A stretch of 62,485 nucleotides of DNA, from positions 1-62,485 of the forward strand of contig WFQU01000032.1 in the NCBI GenBank assembly GCA_015486845.1, written 5' to 3'. This document shows positions 43,523-52,718 of the stretch, in pieces (position 1 is the first letter of the stretch; the number at the start of each line of letters is the position of its first letter). A program made the translations under genes and the position numbers. Source of the DNA: Anaerolineae bacterium (GTDB lineage: Bacteria > Chloroflexota > Anaerolineae > JAADDB01). Below the pieces are notes generated by a model. It was not told where the DNA came from, ran no database searches, and worked only from the letters and a program-made list of their open reading frames with translations.

Positions 43523-43566
43523 AACAGGCGAGGGCGACAAAAATTGTTGGAGAGGGAAGAGAAAAG

Positions 43567-44991
43567 ATGAAAGTCCTGAAATTTGGCGGCACATCCGTTG
43601 GCTCTGTGGATGCTTTTCGACGCGTTGTGGCGATCTTGCAGCAGACTGTAGGGCAAGATGAGCAAGTTATAGCAGTGACCTCTGCTATGAGTGGGACGAC
43701 TGATGTTCTGATCGAGGCCGCTAAAGCGGCCGCAACTGGCAATGAACAACCGTATCGCGATGCTCGCAACGATTTGTTGGTCAAGCATCAAATTGTGGTG
43801 GGGCAACTTGTTCTCGATGGCGTGCGCCGGGCCGAAATTGGCCATATTTTAGATGAGAAATTGCGTACTTTTGAACGTCTTTGTCGTAGTATCTATATTT
43901 TGGGCGAATTAACGCCTCGAGGCTTGGATGCTGTTTGCAGTTTAGGCGAACAAATGGCTGCTGCGTTACTGGCAGCTGCCTTGCGGATGAGTAATATTGA
44001 GGCACAGGTAGTAGATGCTCGCGAACTGATTGTAACGGATGATACTTTCGGCGCGGCGAATCCCATTTTCGATCTAAGCCGGCAACGCATCCGGGAAAAA
44101 TTACTGCCTATGATAGAAGCGGGCATTCTTCCCGTTGTCACTGGTTTTATTGCGGCTACACCGGAAGGCGTAACAACGACTTTGGGCCGGGGAGGCTCCG
44201 ATTACTCGGCGGCCATCATCGGCGCCAGCTTGGACGTGGATGAAGTGCAAATTTGGACGGATGTGGACGGCGTCATGACGGCCGATCCGCGGGTCGTGCC
44301 GGATGCCCGTACACTGCCAGAACTTTCTTATGTGGAGGCGGCCGAACTGGCTTATTTTGGCGCTAAAGTGCTGCATCCTAAAACTATCCTGCCTGCTATT
44401 GAGAACGACATTCCCATTCGGGTACTTAACACTTTTAACGTGGATGGTTCCACCACGCGCATTGTCAGCACCCCCTCCACAGAACGCCATATGGTGAAAG
44501 CGTTGACGGCCATTCCAGGCTTAGCCCTCATTACCGTGGAAGGACGGGGCATGATCGGCGTGCCCGGCATCGCCGCTCGGGTTTTCAGCGCCGTCGCTCA
44601 AAGCAAAGTAAGTGTGCTCATGATCTCCCAGGCTTCCTCGGAGCAGAGCATTTGCTTTGTCGTACCCACCAAACAGCAAGAAGAGATTATTCATGCCTTG
44701 CAAGATGCTTTGCGGGAGGAATTGGCGCGTCACTATATCGATCGCGTTTTCGCCTTGCCCGACATCGCTATTTTGGCTGTGGTGGGCGCCGGCATGAAGG
44801 GGACGCCGGGTATTGCCGCCGGCGTTTTTTCCGCCTTAGGGAAACAAAACATCAATGTGATAGCCATCGCTCAGGGCTCCAGTGAAGTAAATATCTCGTT
44901 GGCGTTAGCCGAGAAAGATGTGGAAGAAGCCATGCGCCAGATTCACGCTAATTTTGGGCTGGGGAATAACGATTCTCAGATAACGGAGTAG
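43567..44991 (+). CDS. ask: aspartate kinase with C-terminal ACT domains
   Basis: MKVLKFGGTSVG N-terminus, GRGGSDYSA, and two ACT-like repeats. Confidence 0.92.
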   Translation: MKVLKFGGTSVGSVDAFRRVVAILQQTVGQDEQVIAVTSAMSGTTDVLIEAAKAAATGNEQPYRDARNDLLVKHQIVVGQLVLDGVRRAEIGHILDEKLRTFERLCRSIYILGELTPRGLDAVCSLGEQMAAALLAAALRMSNIEAQVVDARELIVTDDTFGAANPIFDLSRQRIREKLLPMIEAGILPVVTGFIAATPEGVTTTLGRGGSDYSAAIIGASLDVDEVQIWTDVDGVMTADPRVVPDARTLPELSYVEAAELAYFGAKVLHPKTILPAIENDIPIRVLNTFNVDGSTTRIVSTPSTERHMVKALTAIPGLALITVEGRGMIGVPGIAARVFSAVAQSKVSVLMISQASSEQSICFVVPTKQQEEIIHALQDALREELARHYIDRVFALPDIAILAVVGAGMKGTPGIAAGVFSALGKQNINVIAIAQGSSEVNISLALAEKDVEEAMRQIHANFGLGNNDSQITE

Positions 44992-45221
44992 GAGCCGAGT
45001 GATGAAACCTATGCCTGGGCTTCTTTTTTGGATGATTACCCGTTGCTGGGCTTTTGGGACGAAATTGCTCTGCTTGGCACGGACTATGCGGCCAGGCCCA
45101 ACGCTGCTGCGTTGCGTGGGTAGCCTTTGCGCTACGGTGCTGGTTTGGCAGCCACCGTGGCCGGTGTGCTCGGCGATATGATGGATTTAGCCCGGCTCTG
45201 GCCGTGGAGAGGATGATAAAC

Positions 45222-46319
45222 ATGTCGAAATTAAAAGTAGGTATCTTGGGTGCCACCGGCGCGGTGGGACAACGGTTCGTGCAACTGTTAGCCGACCATC
45301 CTTGGTTTGAAATTGTCGCTTTAGCTGCGTCGGAGCAATCCGCCGGCAGAAAATACGGTGCCGCTGTACACTGGGTGTTGGAAAGGGACGTACCTGCCGC
45401 GGTGCGGGAACAAGAGATCATACGGGCCACACCGGAACAGCTCCGTGGTTGTTGTTCGCTACTCTTCTCAGCGCTGCCGGCGGATCAGGCGCGTTTCCTG
45501 GAGCCAGAATTGGCAGCGGCCGGGTTTGCTGTTTTTTCTAATGCCTCCGCTTATCGGATGGAAGAGGACGTGCCGTTGCTCATTCCAGAGGTCAATCCGG
45601 AGCACGCCGCGCTTATCCGCATGCAACAGGCCAAACGACATTGGCCCGGCTTCATTGTTACCAACCCGAATTGTTCCACCACGCATTTGGCCGGCGTGCT
45701 CAAGCCGCTGCACGATGCCTTCCATCTGCGTAAAGTGTTGGTCGTGACCATGCAAGCTGCTTCCGGCGCCGGCTATCCTGGGGTTTCGTTCATGGATTTG
45801 CTGGACAATGTGGTACCTTACATCCCCGGCGAGGAACAAAAATTAGAGAGCGAGCCGCGTAAGCTGCTGGGACAGTTCGCCGGCGACCATATCGTGCCGG
45901 CTGATTTCATCATCAGCGCCCACGCCAATCGGGTGGCCGTGCGGGACGGTCACACCGAAGTGGTCTCTTTGGAATTTCAGCACCGACCGGCTGTCGCCGA
46001 AGTAGTGGATATCCTGCGCACTTTCCGTGGGTTGCCGCAGCGGTTGCAATTGCCCACCGCCCCGCCGCGGCCCATCATCGTCTTGGCTGAAAATGACCGT
46101 CCGCAGCCGCTGCGGGATCGGATGCGCGGCCGCGGTATGGCTAACATAGTTGGCCGGGTGCGAGAGTGCCCGCTTTTCCACATCAAGCTGGTCTTATTAG
46201 GACATAATACCATCCGCGGCGCGGCCGGCGGCTCTATTCTGAACGCGGAATTGCTGGCCCGGCAGGGCTATTTTCCTGATTTTACGCCGGATAGCGACTA
46301 CACGGGGGCTGCCTCATGA
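45222..46319 (+). CDS. asd: aspartate-semialdehyde dehydrogenase
   Basis: KVGILGATGAVGQRF NAD(P) motif and active-site NPNCSTT. SD GGAGAGGA before ATG 45222; the upstream ORF extension is non-homologous. Confidence 0.9.
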   Translation: MSKLKVGILGATGAVGQRFVQLLADHPWFEIVALAASEQSAGRKYGAAVHWVLERDVPAAVREQEIIRATPEQLRGCCSLLFSALPADQARFLEPELAAAGFAVFSNASAYRMEEDVPLLIPEVNPEHAALIRMQQAKRHWPGFIVTNPNCSTTHLAGVLKPLHDAFHLRKVLVVTMQAASGAGYPGVSFMDLLDNVVPYIPGEEQKLESEPRKLLGQFAGDHIVPADFIISAHANRVAVRDGHTEVVSLEFQHRPAVAEVVDILRTFRGLPQRLQLPTAPPRPIIVLAENDRPQPLRDRMRGRGMANIVGRVRECPLFHIKLVLLGHNTIRGAAGGSILNAELLARQGYFPDFTPDSDYTGAAS

Positions 46320-47467
46320 CGATCCAACTGTACGGTACCGCTTCTTTGTCGGAAATGGTCGGCGACTTGCTCATTTTCCGCAATCTTGCCCCGGTGGACC
46401 GGCGTTTGCCAGCGTTTGATGCTGTTTGGGCCGAAATGGGATTTACCTCGTCGCGCCGGCCGCGCAAATTGGAACCGGCTTATGCCCGTGCGGCCACCTG
46501 GTTCTTGCGACGTGCCCGGGCGTTGGACAAAGCGGGGACGCCGCTGCGCGAGCTGCTTTTCATCGGTGATACGGCACTCAGTGACGGGCAGGCATTTCGC
46601 AATCTGGCCCAGGCAAGTGATTGGCCGGCGTGGGCGTTCATTGGCGCGGAGAAAACGGGTGAGCCATTGCAGTTGCAGCGCCAGGCGGATGGGATCAGTC
46701 TGGCTAATCGGTGGGAGGCATTGTCGCTTTGGCTGGAAAATATCATGGAGGAAGGTGCCCGTATCGACGAACACACGGCGCTGCTTATTGACGTGGATAA
46801 AACTGCGCTGGCCGCTCGCGGGCGCAATAATCAGGCCATCGACAAAGCGCGATTGGTGGCGCTGCGACAGACGGCCGCGGTTGTTTTAGGTGCCGATTTC
46901 GACGGCGAGAAGCTGCAAGCTGTGCACCATCTGTTGGATCAGCCCCGCTTTCACCCGTTGACTGGCGATAATCAGGATTATTTGGCATATATCACCCTTT
47001 TCGTGACTGCCGGTGTGATCACGGAGCAAGCGCTCTTGGCGCGGGTCGCGGACGGCAAGTTGCAACAGTTCGATGATTTCTTGGCCTGGGTGGATGCAAT
47101 CCCGCGGCTGGCCGGAAATTTGTCGGCGGTGCACGATGCCGTTCGTGTTGCCGTGCAAGCCGGCGATCCGACGCCGTTCAAGACTTTCCGCCGCCAGGAA
47201 TTCCGAGCTACGTTGCAGCGGATGGGCTCGCTGTCGGAGGATGCTCCGTTGGAGCGACGTTTGCGGGAGGAGATCTGTTTGACGCAGGAAGTGCGCGAAG
47301 TGGCGCTTTGGGCCCGACAGCGCGGTGTGCTGGTGATGGCACTTTCTGACAAGCCGGACGAGGCGGTTTTGCCGGACGAAGTGGCCTCTGCGGAGGGATT
47401 GTTGCCGCTGCATAGGACTACCACCCATGTTGTGGGAGCGTCCATCGCACTCCGTTTGCCGGGCTGA
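46316..47467 (+). CDS. hypothetical protein with HAD-like motifs
   Basis: ATGA overlap with the asd stop. LLIDVDKT (DxDxT-like) at about aa 156-163 and ALSDKP near the C-terminus. Confidence 0.5.
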   Translation: MTIQLYGTASLSEMVGDLLIFRNLAPVDRRLPAFDAVWAEMGFTSSRRPRKLEPAYARAATWFLRRARALDKAGTPLRELLFIGDTALSDGQAFRNLAQASDWPAWAFIGAEKTGEPLQLQRQADGISLANRWEALSLWLENIMEEGARIDEHTALLIDVDKTALAARGRNNQAIDKARLVALRQTAAVVLGADFDGEKLQAVHHLLDQPRFHPLTGDNQDYLAYITLFVTAGVITEQALLARVADGKLQQFDDFLAWVDAIPRLAGNLSAVHDAVRVAVQAGDPTPFKTFRRQEFRATLQRMGSLSEDAPLERRLREEICLTQEVREVALWARQRGVLVMALSDKPDEAVLPDEVASAEGLLPLHRTTTHVVGASIALRLPG

Positions 47468-47603
47468 TGTGCACCGTGTGGCGTGGGGATGAATCATTCG
47501 TCTATGGTTTGTGTAAATGCAGACCGACATACCACGGCGGCTGGGGAGAATCTGCGCGTATCTGCGTGAATCTACGTTCTATTTTTTGGAAGGGGCTTTG
47601 AAC

Positions 47604-48059
47604 GTGAAATTACAAGGCATCGCTTTCGATGTGCGGTGGACGATTTACAGTTCTTTTGGCGTCTTAGTTCCCGGCGCGGCGGAAATCATTCCCCGGCTGG
47701 CCGAGAAATACGTGTTAGGTATCCTTTCCAGCGCTCGGTTGGGGCCGGGCATGGCGTTGCGTGCCCAACTGGAAGAAGACCGGTTGCTGCACTACTTCCG
47801 GGCGGCATTCTTCTCCAACGAGACTGGCCTTTACAAACCGGATGCTGCCGCATTCGAGCATCTTTTGGCTGCGCTGCAACTGCCGGCGCAGGCCGTTCTA
47901 TACGTGGGCGACGACCCGGTGGAAGACATTCAGGGTGCGCAAGGTGCCGGCATGCCGGCGTTGCTCTTCACCGGCGTGCGCGATCTGCGCCGGCAGGCGC
48001 CCGCCGCGGACGGCGTGATTAACCATTTCGCTGACCTGGAAGCGTGGCTCAACGAGTAA
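47604..48059 (+). CDS. HAD-superfamily hydrolase-like protein with atypical motif I
   Basis: Motif I FDVRWT, motif II ILSSA, LYKPD, motif IV VGDDPVEDI. GTG 47604 follows GGAAGGGG; the ORF track starts at ATG 47517. Confidence 0.6.
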   Translation: MKLQGIAFDVRWTIYSSFGVLVPGAAEIIPRLAEKYVLGILSSARLGPGMALRAQLEEDRLLHYFRAAFFSNETGLYKPDAAAFEHLLAALQLPAQAVLYVGDDPVEDIQGAQGAGMPALLFTGVRDLRRQAPAADGVINHFADLEAWLNE

Positions 48060-48087
48060 AAACGAGGCGCAGCGATAACGCACTTGA

Positions 48088-48127
48088 CACCTTCCAGGTC
48101 TTTAAGCTCTGGGAGGTGTTGTTTTGG
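48088..48127 (+). terminator. rho-independent terminator (F14 hairpin family)
   Basis: 10 bp stem caccttccag/ctgggaggtg (one G-U pair) followed by ttgttttgg. Confidence 0.65.
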
Positions 48128-48242
48128 CTCTCGCATGTCCGGTTGCGTCTTGGCCCGGTTCGTTGTAAGATTAAATGACAGCATTGCATTTTTATCGTGG
48201 CAATGCGCCGGTGGCAGCAGCGCAACGAAACAGGAACGTCAT

Positions 48243-49778
48243 ATGAGAGCACTGGTCAACAGTTTAGCGGATCATCCTCAACCACTTTTGCAGGCCATAG
48301 CTCGCCTTTACGGCTTAGAACATGAAAGCGAAACGAGTCGTTATGCCTTGGCGCAGTTGATCGTGGCCGAAATCGTGTCGCTTGCAGGCTGGGCGGAGAC
48401 AAAACGCTTGTGTTCTTCGGCTGCCTGGTCGGCGTTGCTAACGCTGCAAAGCCGGGGCGGTCGTATCCCGGAAGTGCTGTTCCGCCGTCAATATGGCAAT
48501 ATCCGTCCTTTGGGCGACGCAAAATTGTGGCAGGTGCGTCCCTGGCGAGCACCTATCTCTCCGGCCGAAGAACTTTGGTACCGCGGGCTAATTTTCCGCG
48601 CTTTCGATCGGGAAGCTGGCCGGCTTATCGCTTTCATCTATACCCCACGCGAAATACGCGCTTTGTTGCCGCCGCCAGTGACAAGCCAGATTCGGCTACC
48701 CGATGCGCCGGTGCCAGTGCGAATAGAGGACGAGCAACGTAATTTCTGGCTGGATTTGGTAACGTTGTTGGTTTACATGCAACAAAAAGGAAACATCAGT
48801 TTAGAAAAAGGTAGCGGTCATCCGCAAAGAAGCGTTTTGTTGAGCATGAACGAGCGTTTGCAACAGCCATGGCCTAAAGATGCCTTGGTCGGCGAACATC
48901 TTCCTCGCCGCCTCTCCTTGCTCTTTTATATAATGCATCGGTTACGTCTTTGGCGCCGCAGCGAAGATATTTGGCATTTGGGTCGTGGTAAAGTATTGCT
49001 GTCCTGGCTTAAAGAGGATAGCTTTGTGCAGCGCTGGTCTATTTGGCGGGCCTGGCGTGATGGCAATTGGCATGATCTCTGTCATGTCCCTTGGCTGCGT
49101 TGTGTGGCCAAGCATCGCCCTGTATCTATTGTGGTGGCCCGTCGTCGCTTTCTGCAAAAATTAAAGGTCTGGAGCGGGGGAGGGTGGTACCGTATCGCTG
49201 ACGTAGCCCGTGTTTTTTCCGACAACGAGCCTGATTTCTTGCGGTCGGCGGCGGAATTCGATTTTCCTTTGGTCCGACGTGCCGCCGGTGGCGAGTTACT
49301 GCGCGGCCTGGAGATGTGGGACGAAGTGGAAGGGAGTTTAGTCCGTTTTTATTTATGCGGCCCTTTGGCTTGGCTGGGCGCAATACGTCTTTCTGCTCCT
49401 TGGCAAGCGTGTGTTCAGTCATCCACCCCGGCTCTATCCGGTGGAACACTTTGGCAATGGAGCTCGCGGGGGAAACAGTGGTTGGCTGATAACGTTCAAC
49501 AGGCTACACCGGCCAGGACCAACCAGATCGGCGTTGATGCTAAGGGAGAAATTACTTTGTTTTCCTCGGCTACAGCACGGACGCATTTCCGGGTGGGTCG
49601 TTTCACGCGTTGGGTGGCCAGCGTGCCTCGGCCGCGTTACCAGATTACTCCGGAGCAATTACGGCGTGCCGCTCGGCAAGGCTTGCGGACTACGGATATC
49701 TATGGCTTCCTCATGGCTGCTAGTGGGGGCCACGTGCCGGCGGAAGTACGCCAGATGATGCATACTGCTTTGCAATAA
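48243..49778 (+). CDS. hypothetical protein (511 aa)
   Basis: Long ORF. ATG 48243 lies downstream of the terminator at 48088-48127. No motif recognised with confidence. Confidence 0.6.
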   Translation: MRALVNSLADHPQPLLQAIARLYGLEHESETSRYALAQLIVAEIVSLAGWAETKRLCSSAAWSALLTLQSRGGRIPEVLFRRQYGNIRPLGDAKLWQVRPWRAPISPAEELWYRGLIFRAFDREAGRLIAFIYTPREIRALLPPPVTSQIRLPDAPVPVRIEDEQRNFWLDLVTLLVYMQQKGNISLEKGSGHPQRSVLLSMNERLQQPWPKDALVGEHLPRRLSLLFYIMHRLRLWRRSEDIWHLGRGKVLLSWLKEDSFVQRWSIWRAWRDGNWHDLCHVPWLRCVAKHRPVSIVVARRRFLQKLKVWSGGGWYRIADVARVFSDNEPDFLRSAAEFDFPLVRRAAGGELLRGLEMWDEVEGSLVRFYLCGPLAWLGAIRLSAPWQACVQSSTPALSGGTLWQWSSRGKQWLADNVQQATPARTNQIGVDAKGEITLFSSATARTHFRVGRFTRWVASVPRPRYQITPEQLRRAARQGLRTTDIYGFLMAASGGHVPAEVRQMMHTALQ

Positions 49779-49805
49779 TTATCCCGCACAGCAATGGGCT
49801 CGAAT

Positions 49806-49885
49806 AGAAGTTCAACTTCTCGCGAGAAGTTGAACTTCTTAAAGGGGGCCTGATTTTTAGACGCTCTGCACCTTGGCCTCTTGGC
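49806..49885. repeat. repeat block R10: 34 nt perfect F1 palindrome plus inverted F7
   Basis: agaagttcaacttctcgcgagaagttgaacttct, then ggcctgatttttagacgctctgcacc. Confidence 0.85.
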
Positions 49886-50013
49886 GTCTCTGCGCTGAGT
49901 TTTTGGGTTCTGGCTTGTCCAGGTTAGGATGTCCTGGTTCACTGTGAATCGGAAAATTGGGCCTCAAAAAAGAGACATTTTTCCGATTCCGCCTGAAGCA
50001 GAACAAGGAAATG

Positions 50014-50056
50014 GGAAAAAGCAAGAGGCTTGTTCTCATAAAAGAACAAGCCTCTT
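50014..50056 (-). terminator. rho-independent terminator of acpP
   Basis: 14 bp perfect stem aagaggcttgttct/agaacaagcctctt, 6 nt loop, then gcttttt on the minus strand. Confidence 0.8.
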
Positions 50057-50079
50057 TGTACTAATGCAGCGTTCTGTTA

Positions 50080-50325
50080 TTAGGCGGAATGCTGCATTAA
50101 GAAATTGACTGCTTCACCTACGGTCGTAATTTTCTGAGCATCTTCGTCAGTGATTTCACCGCCGAATTCTTCTTCGAAAGCCATGATAAGTTCTACTAAA
50201 TCTAAAGAATCGGCCTCGAGATCGTCACGGAAATTAGCTTCTTCGGTGACTTCCTCTGGGTCAACGCCCAATTGGTCGACGATAATATCGCGCACTTTTG
50301 CGAAAACTTCTTCTTTATTCATCAA
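50080..50325 (-). CDS. acpP: acyl carrier protein
   Basis: 81 aa with phosphopantetheine site [12 protein letters not shown]. Confidence 0.95.
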   Translation of the reverse strand: MMNKEEVFAKVRDIIVDQLGVDPEEVTEEANFRDDLEADSLDLVELIMAFEEEFGGEITDEDAQKITTVGEAVNFLMQHSA

Positions 50326-50378
50326 AAATTGCCTCCTTCATGCTAATATGCAAATTCATTTTCTGAACAACGTAATTG

Positions 50379-50407
50379 ATTGTAACAGAAGCAGTATATT
50401 GTGTCAA
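50379..50407 (-). promoter_or_regulatory. candidate acpP promoter TTGACA-17-TACAAT
   Basis: Minus-strand TTGACA (50407-50402) and TACAAT (50384-50379). Confidence 0.55.
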
Positions 50408-50463
50408 TTTGGCTTCAGTGGATAGGATGAACTGAAGGCGGTGTTTATCGGGGAAAACAGTTT

Positions 50464-50493
50464 TTGACAGCCTTGTCTTGCTAATGGTACGAT
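50464..50493 (+). promoter_or_regulatory. candidate promoter TTGACA-18-TACGAT for the IDI-2 gene
   Basis: TTGACA 50464-50469 and TACGAT 50488-50493. Confidence 0.45.
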
Positions 50494-50553
50494 CTTACTG
50501 TTAGCTTGTTAATTGAAACACAGTTGTCACGAAAAAGTCGCGAGGAAATTAGC

Positions 50554-51603
50554 GTGTCACACCAGGATAGGAAGACGGATCATATTCGCATCAATTTAAG
50601 GAAAGATGTGTCTTTCCCCGGCTTGCGGACCGGTTTCGAACGTTATCAGTTTGTGCACCAGGCGCTGCCGGAACTGGATATTGATACGTTGGATACATCA
50701 TGCACTTTTTTAGGGAAAGCGTTGGCCGCGCCGTTGTTGATTTCTTCCATGACCGGTGGCACCGAGGAAGCGGCGCACATCAACGAGCACTTGGCCGTGG
50801 CAGCACAAGCTCGTGGTATTGCTATGGGGGTTGGTTCGCAGCGGGTAGCAATCGAAGATGCCAAGACGGTTTATTCTTTTCAGGTTCGTTCTGTGGCCCC
50901 GGATGTCTTTTTGCTTGCTAATTTGGGGGCTGTCCAGTTAAATAAGGGATACAGCATTGAGCAAGTGCAATGGGTCGTGGATATGATCGGCGCCGATGCG
51001 CTCATTTTGCATTTGAATCCATTGCAAGAAGCGATTCAGATGAACGGTGATACCGATTGGCGTGGTTTGTTGGCGAAAATTGAGGCGGTGTGTCGGGCGC
51101 TGCCCGTGCCAGTGATCGCCAAAGAGGTCGGGTGGGGCATCGCGCCGGCCACGGCTCGGCGTTTGGCTGATGCCGGCGTGCAGGCCATTGATGTAGCCGG
51201 CGCTGGGGGCACTTCCTGGAGCGAAGTGGAGCGGCACCGCACGCAAGATTCGCGTCTTTCTCTCTTGGCCGATACGTTTGCTAATTGGGGAATACCGACG
51301 GCATTGAGCTTGCAATGGGTACGTCAGGCTTTGCCGGAGATGCCATTAGTGGCCAGCGGTGGCATTCGCAGCGGCCTGGACGTGGCGAAAGCATTTGCTT
51401 TGGGCGCCGATTTAGCGGGCTTAGCCGCGCCCTTTTTGCCTGCGGCGGTAAGTTCTGCGGAGGCTGTGGTGACGGAAATCGACATGCTTTTGGCTGAATT
51501 GCGTTTGGCGATGTTTTTGAGCGGGGCTGCTGATTTAGCCGCTTTACGTGTGCCGGGGCGTTTGTTATCCTGGGATGCGGCTTGGCGTTCTGTCGAAGAG
51601 TGA
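50554..51603 (+). CDS. fni: isopentenyl-diphosphate delta-isomerase, type 2 (FMN-dependent)
   Basis: RKTDHI N-terminal motif, SSMTGG, and a TIM-barrel FMN pattern. GTG 50554 follows GAGGAA; the ORF track starts at TTG 50506. Confidence 0.88.
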   Translation: MSHQDRKTDHIRINLRKDVSFPGLRTGFERYQFVHQALPELDIDTLDTSCTFLGKALAAPLLISSMTGGTEEAAHINEHLAVAAQARGIAMGVGSQRVAIEDAKTVYSFQVRSVAPDVFLLANLGAVQLNKGYSIEQVQWVVDMIGADALILHLNPLQEAIQMNGDTDWRGLLAKIEAVCRALPVPVIAKEVGWGIAPATARRLADAGVQAIDVAGAGGTSWSEVERHRTQDSRLSLLADTFANWGIPTALSLQWVRQALPEMPLVASGGIRSGLDVAKAFALGADLAGLAAPFLPAAVSSAEAVVTEIDMLLAELRLAMFLSGAADLAALRVPGRLLSWDAAWRSVEE

Positions 51604-51614
51604 TTGTAATATGA

Positions 51615-51647
51615 AGACCTTCCAAGTCTTCAAGACCTGGAAGGTCT
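51615..51647. terminator. bidirectional hairpin (F14 family) between convergent fni and jag
   Basis: 10 bp perfect stem agaccttcca/tggaaggtct with a 13 nt loop and A/T-rich flanks. Confidence 0.55.
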
Positions 51648-51656
51648 CTATTGTAA

Positions 51657-52436
51657 TTATGCTTGGCGCGGATAAATCGTCACGCGGCGTTGGGAACGTT
51701 CGCCAGAACTTTCGGTGTAAGCGCCGGGGTAATCTCGCAACGTCAAGTGCACGATGCGGCGCTCGGCGGCGGGCATTGCTTCCATCCTGATGGGGTGGCC
51801 ACTTTCGACAACTTGTGCAGCCAAACGCAGCGCCAGCTTTTGTAGGGATGTCCGTCGATGTTGGCGATAAGCATTGACATCCACGTTGATATTCACCCAA
51901 TGTTTCACCCGCTGGTTGATGATGAGTCGAACGAGGTACTCTAAAGCGCGTAGGGTTTCTAACCGACGGCCAATGAGCGAGTCCAAGTCCTCACCTTGAA
52001 TGTCCAAGACCAGCGGTGGATTCTGTGGGTCGATATCAATGCCATGATCTATAGACGCACTCACTTCCGCTGCGATACCCAATTTGGTCAACATGTTTTG
52101 CAAAGCCGAAACAGCCAGTGTCACTAACTCTGGCGAGTAAAGAGGTTGTTCTTCCTCTTGTGCCGGTAAAAGCTTTGTGGAAATGGATGCCGGCGTTTCA
52201 GTTTGTTCTTGTGCGGGAGCGACAACAGGCTCCGGTTCCACAACCGGCTCCACCGCAGAGCCTTTTGGTGTCAACCGGACTAAAGCATCGGTTGCACCGA
52301 TGCCAAAGAGCCCTTTATTGGGTTGTCGTAGCACTTCGATAATGACTTTCTCCTTGCTCAAACCAAATGCCGTTAAACCTTTAGTAATAGCCTCCTGGAC
52401 ACTTTTTCCTTCGAATTCTTTCATTTGACTTTCCAT
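51657..52436 (-). CDS. jag: RNA-binding protein Jag/KhpB (KH plus R3H domains)
   Basis: N-terminal Jag_N, C-terminal R3H RRIVHLTLRD, and position after yidC. Confidence 0.85.
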   Translation of the reverse strand: MESQMKEFEGKSVQEAITKGLTAFGLSKEKVIIEVLRQPNKGLFGIGATDALVRLTPKGSAVEPVVEPEPVVAPAQEQTETPASISTKLLPAQEEEQPLYSPELVTLAVSALQNMLTKLGIAAEVSASIDHGIDIDPQNPPLVLDIQGEDLDSLIGRRLETLRALEYLVRLIINQRVKHWVNINVDVNAYRQHRRTSLQKLALRLAAQVVESGHPIRMEAMPAAERRIVHLTLRDYPGAYTESSGERSQRRVTIYPRQA

Positions 52437-52515
52437 GGGTCTATCCTTTTTTGGTTATCTTGGTCGTGTATTACGTTTACTAAATCGTGACTACAATGAC
52501 ACTTATTACGTGTCA

Positions 52516-52575
52516 CCCCTATTTTTATTCGTTGTGGTGTGCCTGTTTGTGCATTACAGGCCTACGTGCCATCTA
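52516..52575. repeat. F5-like module with a nested hairpin
   Basis: tttttattcgttgtggtgtgcctgtttgtgcattacaggcctacg resembles 40494-40545. Confidence 0.55.
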
Positions 52576-52718
52576 TGCAATCAGCAGTGACTAAGGCTGA
52601 GTTGTTTATTCCCTGAGAAACCGGGCTATTTATGCTGGACAGGTCTCATTGGTGTAGTTCAGCGAAGCAGCCTTGCACTTTCATGCACGCCGCTACCATC
52701 GCTATGCTTGTCAGTTTA

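Noticed and set aside
44992-45221. The 230 nt ask-asd spacer with a 60 aa ORF (44999-45181), considered as a leader peptide, riboswitch or attenuator
   Set aside because: I recognise no lysine, threonine or SAM riboswitch core. The only hairpin before the T-run at about 45030 is 5 bp with a 21 nt loop. The ORF lacks an SD and is Cys/Trp-rich. There is insufficient evidence.
48084-48242. The N-terminal extension of the 564 aa ORF that starts at 48084
   Set aside because: The extension runs through a strong hairpin plus T-run terminator (48088-48127) and is Cys/Ser/Arg-rich. ATG 48243 is the more plausible start.
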